Of a DNA stretch of 64,000 nucleotides, positions 27,836-36,496 are shown piece by piece. Each line of letters opens with the position of its first letter. Position 1 is the stretch's first letter. This stretch comes from Gemmatimonadaceae bacterium. GTDB taxonomy: Bacteria > Gemmatimonadota > Gemmatimonadetes > Gemmatimonadales > Gemmatimonadaceae. The stretch covers positions 1,056,001 to 1,120,000 of the forward strand of contig JBJMOW010000005.1 in assembly GCA_045803545.1 (NCBI GenBank). The letters run 5' to 3'. The notes under the pieces were generated by a model. That model did no database searches, was not told the origin of the DNA, and saw only the letters and a program-made list of their open reading frames with translations. The position numbers were made by a program, and so were the translations under genes.

Positions 27836-29008
27836 ATGAGAGCGACCTGCTGGGAAGGTGCCAAGCACGTGAAAGTCGAGGACGTGCCTGATCCGAAGAT
27901 CCTGAACGACGGCGACGCGATCGTGCGAATCACATCAACCGCGATTTGTGGCTCCGACCTTCACCTCTTCAACGGCTTCATGCCGACGATGGAGCACGGC
28001 GACATCCTCGGACACGAATTCATGGGCGAAGTGGTCGAGATCGGCAGGAAGGTGAAGAAAGTCAAAGTCGGTGATCGCGTCGTCGTGCCGTTCCCGATCG
28101 CATGCGGCGCGTGCTGGAGTTGTCAGCATGACATGTGGTCGTTGTGCGAGAACAGCAACCCGAACGCGTGGATCGCGGAGAAAATGCTGGGTCATTCGCC
28201 TGCCGGCGTCTTTGGCTATTCGCACATGCTGGGCGGGTTCGCCGGCGGACAAGCGGAATATGCGCGAGTCCCATTCGCGGACATCGGTCCGCTGAAAATT
28301 CCTGAAGATCTTTCTGATGAAAAGGTGCTATTCCTGTCCGATATCTTTCCGACCGGCTACATGGCCGCCGAGATGTGCAACATCAAGCGTGGCGACACCA
28401 TCGCGGTTTGGGGTTGCGGGCCGGTCGGACAATTCGCGATTGCGAGCGCGAGACTGCTGGGTGCCGAGTACATCATCGCGATTGACCGTTTTCCGTATCG
28501 CCTGCAGATAGCGAGGGAACGGGCAGCAGCTGATGTAACAATCAATTACGAGGAGACGAACGTCCTCGAGGCGATCAAAGAGCTGACCGGAGGACGCGGC
28601 CCCGATGCCTGTATCGACGCAGTCGGACTCGAAGCACATACGCCCGGCTTGCAAGGCTTGTATGACAAGGCTAAGCAATCAATGAGATGGGAGAGCGACC
28701 GCATCAGCGCACTCCGCCAGGCAATACTGTCCTGTCGCAATGGCGGCACCGTCTCGGTGATCGGCGTTTACTCCGGCTACGACGACAAGTTCCCGCTCGG
28801 GTCGGTGATGAATCGGTCCCTCACCATTAGGACAGGACAGTGCCATGTGCATCGATACATGAAGCCGCTCCTGGAGCACATCAAGAACGGTGACATCGAT
28901 CCAAGCTTCGTGATCACGCACAGAATGTCGCTTGAAGATGCGCCTGTGGGTTACGACATCTTCAACCACAAGGAAGACGACTGTCTTAAGGTAGTTCTTC
29001 AGGCGTAA
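27836..29008 (+). CDS. Zinc-dependent alcohol/formaldehyde dehydrogenase
   Basis: [40 protein letters not shown]. Confidence 0.95.
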   Translation: MRATCWEGAKHVKVEDVPDPKILNDGDAIVRITSTAICGSDLHLFNGFMPTMEHGDILGHEFMGEVVEIGRKVKKVKVGDRVVVPFPIACGACWSCQHDMWSLCENSNPNAWIAEKMLGHSPAGVFGYSHMLGGFAGGQAEYARVPFADIGPLKIPEDLSDEKVLFLSDIFPTGYMAAEMCNIKRGDTIAVWGCGPVGQFAIASARLLGAEYIIAIDRFPYRLQIARERAAADVTINYEETNVLEAIKELTGGRGPDACIDAVGLEAHTPGLQGLYDKAKQSMRWESDRISALRQAILSCRNGGTVSVIGVYSGYDDKFPLGSVMNRSLTIRTGQCHVHRYMKPLLEHIKNGDIDPSFVITHRMSLEDAPVGYDIFNHKEDDCLKVVLQA

Positions 29009-29052
29009 GGGTCTGGAACATGCGCGGCTGCGGGTGATACACTGTGCCGCGC

Positions 29053-29499
29053 ATGTCCAGACCTGACGAAACTCCGCCTGAGGTCGAGAACACTCCGCAC
29101 CCCGACATATCGCGTCAGTCGCCGTGGAGATTGCTGGGACGTGCGCTGCTACTGCGATGTCCCAACTGCGGTGCAAAGCACATCTTCACCGGCTTCTTTG
29201 GTCTGAAAGAGCGTTGCCCGAACTGCGGGATGTTGCTGGAGCGCGGTGAATCAGACGCGTTCATCGGGGCTTACACACTAAATCTGATCGTCGTCGAAGT
29301 CCTGCTCGCCTCAGCGTTCCTGATTGTGATGTTGGTAACCTGGCCGACGCCGCCGTGGGATGCGCTGGAGTGGGGTGGCGTCGCGCTCTCCATTCTTGGC
29401 GCGATTCTCTGTTATCCGTTCGCCAAGACAACCTGGCTGGCGATCGACTTGATGTTTCGACCACAGCGCCGCGAAGACTTCATCACACGGGTGAAATAA
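29053..29499 (+). CDS. DUF983 family protein
   Basis: Two CPNCG motifs followed by two TMs. Confidence 0.85.
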   Translation: MSRPDETPPEVENTPHPDISRQSPWRLLGRALLLRCPNCGAKHIFTGFFGLKERCPNCGMLLERGESDAFIGAYTLNLIVVEVLLASAFLIVMLVTWPTPPWDALEWGGVALSILGAILCYPFAKTTWLAIDLMFRPQRREDFITRVK

Positions 29500-29527
29500 A
29501 AAAAAGCGAGACATCGCAGTCTCGCCG
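29498..29527 (-). terminator. Intrinsic terminator
   Basis: GCGAGAC-N6-GTCTCGC followed by a T-run on the minus strand, downstream of the DUF1906 gene. Confidence 0.65.
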
Positions 29528-29544
29528 TTCAATTTGTCACCGCT

Positions 29545-30522
29545 TTATTCGCCCACTGGCACCGAAGGCGACGGAAGCATGGCGACGTTGACGTCGATTG
29601 GGAGCTTCACGCCGTTGTGAGTCTCGACGACGTCGAGGATACCTTGCCACACCTGCGCGAAAGAATGACCGACTTCGGTCGGATTCTTGTCGGGCGCAAA
29701 GCCGCGACCGCTCGCGATCCAGAATGGCGGATCCTTGGAAATGCCCGCCGCCGTGTAAACCTGCTTCACATCGCGGTAAATGAGATTCGCGTTGTAGCTG
29801 TGCGCGTAGTAACCGGGCGTAAAGCGGCCATCGGCAAGAACTCGCTGGGTCCACGCTTCGTAATAGCCGCGCATCGCCCCGGGCACGGTCTCCATGCGCT
29901 CGATGTCGAGGAAGATGACCGTGCCGTTTGCAAATCCTTCGGCTGCAGTCTTGGTTATCGCGTCGCTCGCGTCGGCGGTTCCGCGCGACGCGCTCACGAA
30001 CTGACTCGAGCAGGACGCGTTCGGCGTAGCACGCGGCGCGACGACGACTCTCACCGCCACGCGCTTATTGACGTAACGCACCACCCGCTTGCCACTTTTC
30101 AGCTTCACTGTCGTGCGGACTCTTTTCGTCACATACCGGGTGACAGTGACCTTCTGTCCCGGTATCCTGCCCCACGTTTGTTGGCCGACGTAGATCACCG
30201 CCATTCCCCAGCCCATATCTGTCAGAGTCTGGCGCTTTCCTTCCCAGGTGTCGTCGGTGTGACAAGGCGCAGATAAATAGTAGCCGACCCAGCTGTATGG
30301 CTTGTCGGCCGTGAGCCAGGCCTTCATCGCATCGTCACCCGGGTAAGCGAAAGTGTCGAAGCCGAGGTGGGGACCGGTATCGGACAGATCGTCAGCAATG
30401 GTTTCTGCGGCGGTCGACACCACTTCATCGATCGACGGCGCTTGAAGCGGAGTCGTACCCGTACTCACAATCAATCCTGCTGTGAGTAATGCGAGGATGG
30501 ACCGCCAGTCAATTTTTGGCAT
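29545..30522 (-). CDS. DUF1906/GH25-like TIM-barrel protein (putative peptidoglycan hydrolase), secreted
   Basis: GFDT..YPG, WVGYYL, IYVGQQ, G.ADA.DA, VIFLDIE, PGYY, FWIA, VWQ, IDVN. Confidence 0.8.
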   Translation of the reverse strand: MPKIDWRSILALLTAGLIVSTGTTPLQAPSIDEVVSTAAETIADDLSDTGPHLGFDTFAYPGDDAMKAWLTADKPYSWVGYYLSAPCHTDDTWEGKRQTLTDMGWGMAVIYVGQQTWGRIPGQKVTVTRYVTKRVRTTVKLKSGKRVVRYVNKRVAVRVVVAPRATPNASCSSQFVSASRGTADASDAITKTAAEGFANGTVIFLDIERMETVPGAMRGYYEAWTQRVLADGRFTPGYYAHSYNANLIYRDVKQVYTAAGISKDPPFWIASGRGFAPDKNPTEVGHSFAQVWQGILDVVETHNGVKLPIDVNVAMLPSPSVPVGE

Positions 30523-30774
30523 TGCTGTCCCCCAACTCGAATAGGCGGGATGGTGACACGCGTCGATTCCACGCGTCACGTGGTCGTTTCGGCTATACCC
30601 GCTCAATTGAGATCGTTCCGCTGACCTCTTCGCCTGTCCCTGGCAGGTGACAGATGAGCGCGGATATCGGTTTGTTAGCTCTTTAACTGGTGGGCATTCA
30701 ATAACTTAGCGTTTTGGCACGGCTGGCTTTGCTCATGCCAGATAAGGGGCCCAACCTCTTCTGTGGAGTCGCTT

Positions 30775-31944
30775 ATGCACCACCTGCGACGCGTTTTGGT
30801 AGGCCTCTCTGGAGTCCTATCGTATTTGGCAGTACCCGTTGCTCTTCACGCCCAAGCAGCCGGGGGTGTTGAGTTGTTCGGGGCCCTCGATAGCTCGGAC
30901 CCCGTAACCCGTACGCTCGGCGGATTATCGCTTAGTCTGGGAACGCCGTATGTCGGAATCCGAGGTAGCGGGGCGATCGGTCAGTCGACATTGACTCCGC
31001 AGTTCGGTGGGACGACCGCCGGGCCATCGGACGTCGTCTGGTCGACGAATGCCGACCTCCTGCTTGGTCCAATGAACGCCGGTCTTGGCGAGGGGTTCAT
31101 GCCCTACACTTTCATCGGTCTTGGGCTCGAGAGCGCGGCACAGCCAACCACTTTTACTGACGCGATCCGTACGTGGGGATATGGTGGCGGAATCCAGCTC
31201 GGCCTGGGCAGCCTCGTGTCGGTGAACGGTGAAGCGAGATTCAAACGCCTCGCTGCACCAGCGACCTACGCCGACTCGCAGTTCGTGCGCGGCGTCGAAT
31301 ACCGCGTCGGAATCGGTTTCCACTTTGGCGGCGGACGTTCGCGATCTTCGGTTTACTCGCGTCGCACCGTCGATCGACCGCCGAGTGCATCTCGTCCAAC
31401 ACGCGCACCATCGCGCACCAGGATCAACTGGCCAGTAGTCAACACTACCTCTGCGGCCGGCGCCGCTCGCAGAGTTGTGCCGACCGCGGAACAGTACATC
31501 GGCGTCCCTTACGTGTATGGTGGAACATCGCCCCGGAGCGGCTTCGATTGCTCGGGGTTTGTTCAGTATGTGTATGGGCAAAACGGGATCGACCTGCCGC
31601 GCACGTCGCGGCAGATGGCTGGGACCGGCGTTGCGGTGTCTACCCGGGCGCTCGCGGTTGGCGACCTCTTACTGTTTCAACAGGGCGGGCAGATCAGTCA
31701 CGTCGCGATATACGCGGGCAATGGACGTTTCATCCACTCTTCGTCCAGCGGACGCGGCGTGCGATATGACGACTTTAACACACGCCGCGGCAGCTGGTTC
31801 GCCGATCATCTGGTTGCCGCTAGACGGGTAACTGGTGACAGTCGCATATTTGGTAATACCTTCGGCAATGCACTGGCTGGCGGGTCCGTAATCGCGTTCG
31901 ACCACCTGGATCCCCCCGACAGCGCCCCTCCACCGTCCAAATGA
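30775..31944 (+). CDS. NlpC/P60 (C40) peptidase with N-terminal beta-barrel-like domain
   Basis: Signal peptide; strands PYTFIGLG, WGYGGGIQLG, YRVGIGFHFG; then IGVPYVYGG..GFDCSGFVQYVY, LPRTS, HVAIYAG, FIHS. Confidence 0.9.
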   Translation: MHHLRRVLVGLSGVLSYLAVPVALHAQAAGGVELFGALDSSDPVTRTLGGLSLSLGTPYVGIRGSGAIGQSTLTPQFGGTTAGPSDVVWSTNADLLLGPMNAGLGEGFMPYTFIGLGLESAAQPTTFTDAIRTWGYGGGIQLGLGSLVSVNGEARFKRLAAPATYADSQFVRGVEYRVGIGFHFGGGRSRSSVYSRRTVDRPPSASRPTRAPSRTRINWPVVNTTSAAGAARRVVPTAEQYIGVPYVYGGTSPRSGFDCSGFVQYVYGQNGIDLPRTSRQMAGTGVAVSTRALAVGDLLLFQQGGQISHVAIYAGNGRFIHSSSSGRGVRYDDFNTRRGSWFADHLVAARRVTGDSRIFGNTFGNALAGGSVIAFDHLDPPDSAPPPSK

Positions 31945-32174
31945 GCGACTCCAAGTCCGAACTCCGCCCATTCAGCGACCTTGAAAAGCCGCACCCGGTC
32001 GTCGCCGACTCAGTTGGCAACGCGGACGCGGGACCGATAGCGGTGCGGCTGGGCGATTTGTGGAGCGAGTTTATTCGCGTCGCTGACGAGGCGCGCGATC
32101 CCGCCGCACCCCGAAAGCGTGCGGCGGTTATCCCCCTCCTCGACCATATGAAGGGGATCCTGGAGTGGGATTAG
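31941..32174 (+). CDS. Small hypothetical protein
   Basis: ATGA overlap with the NlpC/P60 stop; fills the gap exactly to the convergent AraC gene. Confidence 0.6.
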   Translation: MSDSKSELRPFSDLEKPHPVVADSVGNADAGPIAVRLGDLWSEFIRVADEARDPAAPRKRAAVIPLLDHMKGILEWD

Positions 32175-33031
32175 CTCGGCTCTCGTCTCCGGCGTCGCCG
32201 GCGATGTGATCCATTGTGCCCCGGCGGGTGGCCAGGGTCGTCCTCCAGCGATCCGTCGTCACCCGCGCGGAGCCACTCCAGCACCGCAGCAATCCCGGCT
32301 TCGTCAGTAAGCCTGGTGCGGACACGCGCCGGGGTTTCCCCAAAGACGCTGACCCAGTGCTGCGAAAAGATGCGCGCCGTTTTGTATCCGAGCTTGATTG
32401 ACACGTCGAGAACCGAATAACCCGGATCGCGCAAATAGCCAAAGCCACGCAACACTTTCGCTGCGATTAGCAGGCGCTTCGGCGAGCCGAGCCGCGCCGA
32501 ATCGAGATTCCGGTAGACGCTGACAATGGCGATCCCCGCTTCCATCGCCAGGTCGAAAGCGCTCGTGTAGCGGTGTGGCTGCTCGAAAAGATTCTCGATA
32601 GTGACTGAAAGCTGCCTCGGGATCTGTGAGAGCCTTCCGCGAAGCGCCTCGATCACGTCGTGGGTCAGCGCATTTCCTTCCAGCCGTTCGACGCGCTCCT
32701 TGAACCCCTCGGGCTCGTCGTCGAAACGATGCAGCACGACCTCCTTCAATCCCAGCCGCCCCAGCTGAGCTACCGCACTGAATTGAGGTGCATGAAGGGT
32801 TACGTATGCGATCAGCGGTAGCGACGGATACCGCTTCAGCAGGCCAGCGACCGCGCCGACGTTCATGATCCCGTCAGCGGCCGGGTCGAGGATGACAACG
32901 CTGACGGGTTTGCGGCGGATAAACGACTCGAGCTCTTGCCAGTTGTCGGCAATCAAAAGCTCGGGCTCCTCGGCGAAAACGTGCTTGACGTGGGCGAGGA
33001 GTCGAGTCGGCAGGAACGCCGCAACGCTCAA
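32171..33031 (-). CDS. AraC-family transcriptional regulator with receiver-like N-terminal domain
   Basis: VSVVILDP / YPSLPLIAYV receiver-like fold; C-terminal LRDPGYSVLDVSIKLGY...FSQH..SVFGETP..VR AraC signature; TTG start. Confidence 0.85.
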   Translation of the reverse strand: MSVAAFLPTRLLAHVKHVFAEEPELLIADNWQELESFIRRKPVSVVILDPAADGIMNVGAVAGLLKRYPSLPLIAYVTLHAPQFSAVAQLGRLGLKEVVLHRFDDEPEGFKERVERLEGNALTHDVIEALRGRLSQIPRQLSVTIENLFEQPHRYTSAFDLAMEAGIAIVSVYRNLDSARLGSPKRLLIAAKVLRGFGYLRDPGYSVLDVSIKLGYKTARIFSQHWVSVFGETPARVRTRLTDEAGIAAVLEWLRAGDDGSLEDDPGHPPGHNGSHRRRRRRREPS

Positions 33032-33093
33032 TAGCGGATGGAGCGCATGATCCTAGGAAACTGGCGGCTAAACCTCTACAGCGGGAGGGGAGG

Positions 33094-33156
33094 TGATAAG
33101 AAAAGTGCTGTTTCTGATAGGAAACAAGCATTTTCTGATAAGAAAATGCCATTTCG
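33094..33156 (+). promoter_or_regulatory. Three tandem 21-bp direct repeats, candidate AraC-type operator
   Basis: TGATAAGAAAAGTGCTGTTTC / TGATAGGAAACAAGCATTTTC / TGATAAGAAAATGCCATTTCG; AT-rich in a GC-rich genome. Confidence 0.75.
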
Positions 33157-33227
33157 GCATCCGCCGTGGGTCATACGTTGAGCGTGGTCAGTACGCCAAC
33201 GAACCCATTCTTTTTCAGGAGCTTCAA

Positions 33228-33359
33228 ATGATCCGCCGTCGCCTTCTCATCGTCGCCACCGTCGTCGCTTCCGTCGTCCTCGCCGCTTGCTCAGACATGA
33301 CGGCTCCGACGAATGATGCATCCTGCCCGGTCAGCACCGGGTCGTCTACCTGTAAGTAA
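33228..33359 (+). CDS. 43-aa lipoprotein/peptide precursor
   Basis: AGGAG RBS; MIRRR + hydrophobic core + LAA|C lipobox; mature CSDMTAPTNDASCPVSTGSSTCK. Confidence 0.8.
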   Translation: MIRRRLLIVATVVASVVLAACSDMTAPTNDASCPVSTGSSTCK

Positions 33360-33374
33360 GCCCGGCGGCTAGAC

Positions 33375-34601
33375 TCAGCCGGTAGCGACAGCGGCCTTGC
33401 GCAGCTCCGAAATGTCGTGAGCTGCCGCAAGGACGTCGTGCGTCAGTGGTGCAAACGTGGGCTGCGTTCCCGCTTTGCGAGCCTTGGAGCGCAATGCGGA
33501 GAGGGCTTCGTCCGCCTTAAAAGAAACTGAGAAGATCTGATTATGATCCGCGCAACTCTTGGCCTCCGACAAAGCCTGCGCCGCAGTTTCGTATCGGTCG
33601 AATCGTTCGAGGCCCTCTCCAAGCATCAGCAGAAAATGCGATTTAAGCAAAGGCGGGAGAGGCTCACGTCTCAGTTCGCTCGTGTAGTCGTCGAACGCCG
33701 TCTCCTGACCATCAAACGAAGCCAATTCCATAAGGTTGATAATCGCCTGCCAGCGAACCCATTTAGTCTGCGCTGTCGCGGCCATCAAAAGGTAGGAATC
33801 ACGCGCGGCATCTCTCATACCTAGCTCGCCAAAAAACGCACCGAGGTCGCCCAGAATGCCTTCGCGATCTGCGTGTGCGCTCGAGAGGCGAAGCGCGTCG
33901 TGCGCCAGTTTTACGGCTTCAGCCGGATCACCGCGGCGATGCGCCAGCGCCGCGCGACTGTGCAATGCAATCGATTGCACTTCCCGAATTTCGAGGTCGG
34001 CGGCCTGCGTGAGCACGTCGTCGAGAATGCTCTGTGCCTGCGGCAGGTTTCCCTTCGCCATATAGGTGTTCGCGATACCGACCTGCACCGTCAGCACACC
34101 TTGGCGATCGCCCATGGTGTCAGCGATGTACGCGGCCTGCGAATACGCGCGCGCCGAGGTTTCCCAATCGCCATTGCGACGGGCAGCACCCCCTACAGCG
34201 ACATTCGCTTCAACGGCGAGCTTGGCGTTCTTCTCCGGACGCGAAATCTTCGCGACGGTCTGGTACACATCGGCTGCGAGCGACCAGTTCGCGTCGTAGT
34301 CGAGCGCCCGACCGTACCCGAGCAGTGATCGGCACACGATCTCGTCAATCGTGCCCCGCGCGATCGTCTCCTCGAGTACGGTGGTAAGGACGCCGCGAAT
34401 CGGATCCCCGGCGCTCACCTCTTCCACTGAACTGCGCACACTGTGCAGCTGTGCCCAGTTCGCCGGGTCGACCGACGCCGAATTGTCGGTATAGGAATCG
34501 ACCAGTCGCAGGACCGAGAGTCCGGCAAACACAGAACGCCAGGAGGCTGAATCCTCCCTTAGCGTACCAAGCGTATCGAAGAAGACTTGATGCCGGATCA
34601 T
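33375..34601 (-). CDS. Cytoplasmic TPR-repeat protein
   Basis: All-helical Ala-rich repeats (G..ARRNGDWE.SARAY..A, IAN.YMAKGNL..A..IL, LG.FF.ELG..DAA..SY); no signal peptide or TM. Confidence 0.8.
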   Translation of the reverse strand: MIRHQVFFDTLGTLREDSASWRSVFAGLSVLRLVDSYTDNSASVDPANWAQLHSVRSSVEEVSAGDPIRGVLTTVLEETIARGTIDEIVCRSLLGYGRALDYDANWSLAADVYQTVAKISRPEKNAKLAVEANVAVGGAARRNGDWETSARAYSQAAYIADTMGDRQGVLTVQVGIANTYMAKGNLPQAQSILDDVLTQAADLEIREVQSIALHSRAALAHRRGDPAEAVKLAHDALRLSSAHADREGILGDLGAFFGELGMRDAARDSYLLMAATAQTKWVRWQAIINLMELASFDGQETAFDDYTSELRREPLPPLLKSHFLLMLGEGLERFDRYETAAQALSEAKSCADHNQIFSVSFKADEALSALRSKARKAGTQPTFAPLTHDVLAAAHDISELRKAAVATG

Positions 34602-34652
34602 TGGGTAGGCTGGTTTTTTGGTGACTCAAAAATGCCACTGTGCACCCGTTTC

Positions 34653-34695
34653 CGAAATGCCTGTTTCGTATCACTGGAGGGGCGATTTCGTGTCA
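34653..34695 (-). promoter_or_regulatory. Two direct repeats of the same operator-like motif upstream of the TPR gene
   Basis: Minus strand TGACACGAAATCGCCCCTCCAG / TGATACGAAACAGGCATTTCG (22-bp period). Confidence 0.6.
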
Positions 34696-34716
34696 CTTAA
34701 GCCTCGCTACAGGCCC

Positions 34717-36372
34717 CTAAGTGCCCTTATTTGGGGGGCGGGATCCGGTCCCGTAAACGCGCTCCTCCATGGGGATATACCAGTCGGCCAGCGAAAACCA
34801 CCATGCATCCGGTCGCATCACATTCGTGTGGATGCGACGGTGAATCGCGATAATCTTGCGCGCTTCGTACAGCCAGATTGCGGGCGCGTCATCGTTGATG
34901 ATTGAGTACGCCCTGGAAAACAAGTCGCGCGCGTGTGTGGCATCTGCTTTGAGCGCGGTGTCGAGAGCGCTGTCGAAAGCAGCGTTCCTGTAATGACCGT
35001 AATTCACTCCATTGGAGCTGGCGCCTTCGCTGCTCCATGCGTCCCAGGTCCCGTCCGGACTAGCACTCATGGTCCAAACGTCCAGCGCTGCATCAAAGAC
35101 GCCCTTTCGCTCGCGCTCAGTCTCCGTGCTCGGATCGAGCTGTTCCAGATTCACGCGTATGCCCGCGCGTTTCAGCTGGTCCTGAAGAATTACTCCAGCG
35201 CGCATCCTGTTCAGGCTGCTGGTGGGAATGGCGATGTTGAATGCGAGCTGGCTGCCGTTCTTCGCTCGAATGCCAGCACTCCCGCGCAACCAGCCGAGCG
35301 AATCAAGCAGTGCGCTTGCGCGCGCCGAGTCGTAAGGAAGCTGAGAAAGTTTCGGATCAGTCGTGGGATAAACGCGCACCGTCGGACCCGCGGGCACAAT
35401 TGCGAAAGTATCGAGGATGTTTCTGGCCAACGTCTGGCGATTGAGCGCGAGCGCAATCGCGCGACGCATCTCTCGGTCGGCGAACAGGCGATGCGGCTTC
35501 GTCGTATCGTTCGGGTCCCGGAGATTGAAGCGCATGAACACGTAGTCCATCCCCGGCACTATCACCGCGCGCAGCGCAGGCTGATGCTCAAGTTCGGCGA
35601 GATCCTGAGGGCGTAGTCCGTCGAACACGTCCGCATCGCCGCGCAACAGTCGGGTGAGCGCGGCCGGGAAGTCGGGCACAATGCTCCAGATGACTCGGTC
35701 GACCCGTGCACGACCGCGGTAGTTGCCGGTGTCGGCAACCAATTCGATGCTTTCCCCCTTGTTCAGTTTGCGAAGACGAAACCGTCCGCTGCCGACCGAA
35801 GGTGGTGGCGATTCACGCAGTGACGATACGCGAATGTGCTCGAGTTGATGCGACGGCAGTATCAGCAACTGCGCAGCGGCGTCGAGGAACTGCGTCGGCA
35901 ATCGACGACGAAACCAGAATTTTGCAGTCAGCGAATCGACGATTGTGACAGAATCGATGTTGCCGAGCGACGACTCATACCGCGACGCGAGCTGGGGGTT
36001 TTTATTGAGAGCGAAGGTGAACGCGACGTCGCGCGCGGTGACGCGCTCCCCGTCATGCCAGCGCGCGCGCGGATTGATTTCAAAGGAGATCTGCATCGAG
36101 TCAGTCGACCAGCTCCACTTGTTTGCTAGCTGTGGTCGAAAGCCGCGATCGCTGAGGGTGTTGAGATCGGGCCCGACGTCCGCCAGATAATCGTAGATCT
36201 GCTCGGACACCTGCTTCGCCTGGGTGGTAAGCACCAGTGGAGGGAATAGCGTACCGGGATCCTGAACGGCGATGATGACAATGGTACCACCGGTCTCCGG
36301 TCGCTGTCGCGCCCCGTTCTCCGAGCATCCGGCGAGCGCAGCAATCATCGTGAACAGCGCGCGTTTCTTCAT
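34717..36372 (-). CDS. ABC transporter substrate-binding protein, family 5 (peptide/nickel), lipoprotein
   Basis: Lipobox LAG|C; PQLA.KW, WHDG..VTARDVAFTF, GSGRFRL, MRRAIALALNR, DAPAIWLY; ATG at 36372. Confidence 0.92.
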   Translation of the reverse strand: MKKRALFTMIAALAGCSENGARQRPETGGTIVIIAVQDPGTLFPPLVLTTQAKQVSEQIYDYLADVGPDLNTLSDRGFRPQLANKWSWSTDSMQISFEINPRARWHDGERVTARDVAFTFALNKNPQLASRYESSLGNIDSVTIVDSLTAKFWFRRRLPTQFLDAAAQLLILPSHQLEHIRVSSLRESPPPSVGSGRFRLRKLNKGESIELVADTGNYRGRARVDRVIWSIVPDFPAALTRLLRGDADVFDGLRPQDLAELEHQPALRAVIVPGMDYVFMRFNLRDPNDTTKPHRLFADREMRRAIALALNRQTLARNILDTFAIVPAGPTVRVYPTTDPKLSQLPYDSARASALLDSLGWLRGSAGIRAKNGSQLAFNIAIPTSSLNRMRAGVILQDQLKRAGIRVNLEQLDPSTETERERKGVFDAALDVWTMSASPDGTWDAWSSEGASSNGVNYGHYRNAAFDSALDTALKADATHARDLFSRAYSIINDDAPAIWLYEARKIIAIHRRIHTNVMRPDAWWFSLADWYIPMEERVYGTGSRPPNKGT

Positions 36373-36421
36373 GCGGGTGAAGGTACAAGCTCGGCGGGAC
36401 AGTGAAAGCACAGAATTGGCT

Positions 36422-36463
36422 TGATAGAAAACCGACATTTTGGGATATAGAAGTGACATTGAC
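36422..36463 (+). promoter_or_regulatory. Two 21-bp direct repeats of the same operator-like motif
   Basis: TGATAGAAAACCGACATTTTG / GGATATAGAAGTGACATTGAC in the divergent region between the SBP gene and the 36.5-kb ORF. Confidence 0.6.
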
Positions 36464-36496
36464 CTCCTTGCGTACGAGTGAAAACGTCCATGATAC

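Noticed and set aside
30724..30739. Sigma-54-like GG-N10-GC upstream of the NlpC/P60 gene
   Set aside because: Poor match outside the dinucleotides; likely chance in GC-rich sequence.
33094..33156. Possible mini CRISPR array
   Set aside because: Units are contiguous 21-mers with no unique spacers and no cas genes nearby; better explained as operator repeats.
33228..34601. RiPP cluster or toxin-antitoxin pair
   Set aside because: No recognisable modifying enzyme (radical SAM, LanM, YcaO) or toxin domain; the peptide has a standard lipoprotein signal.
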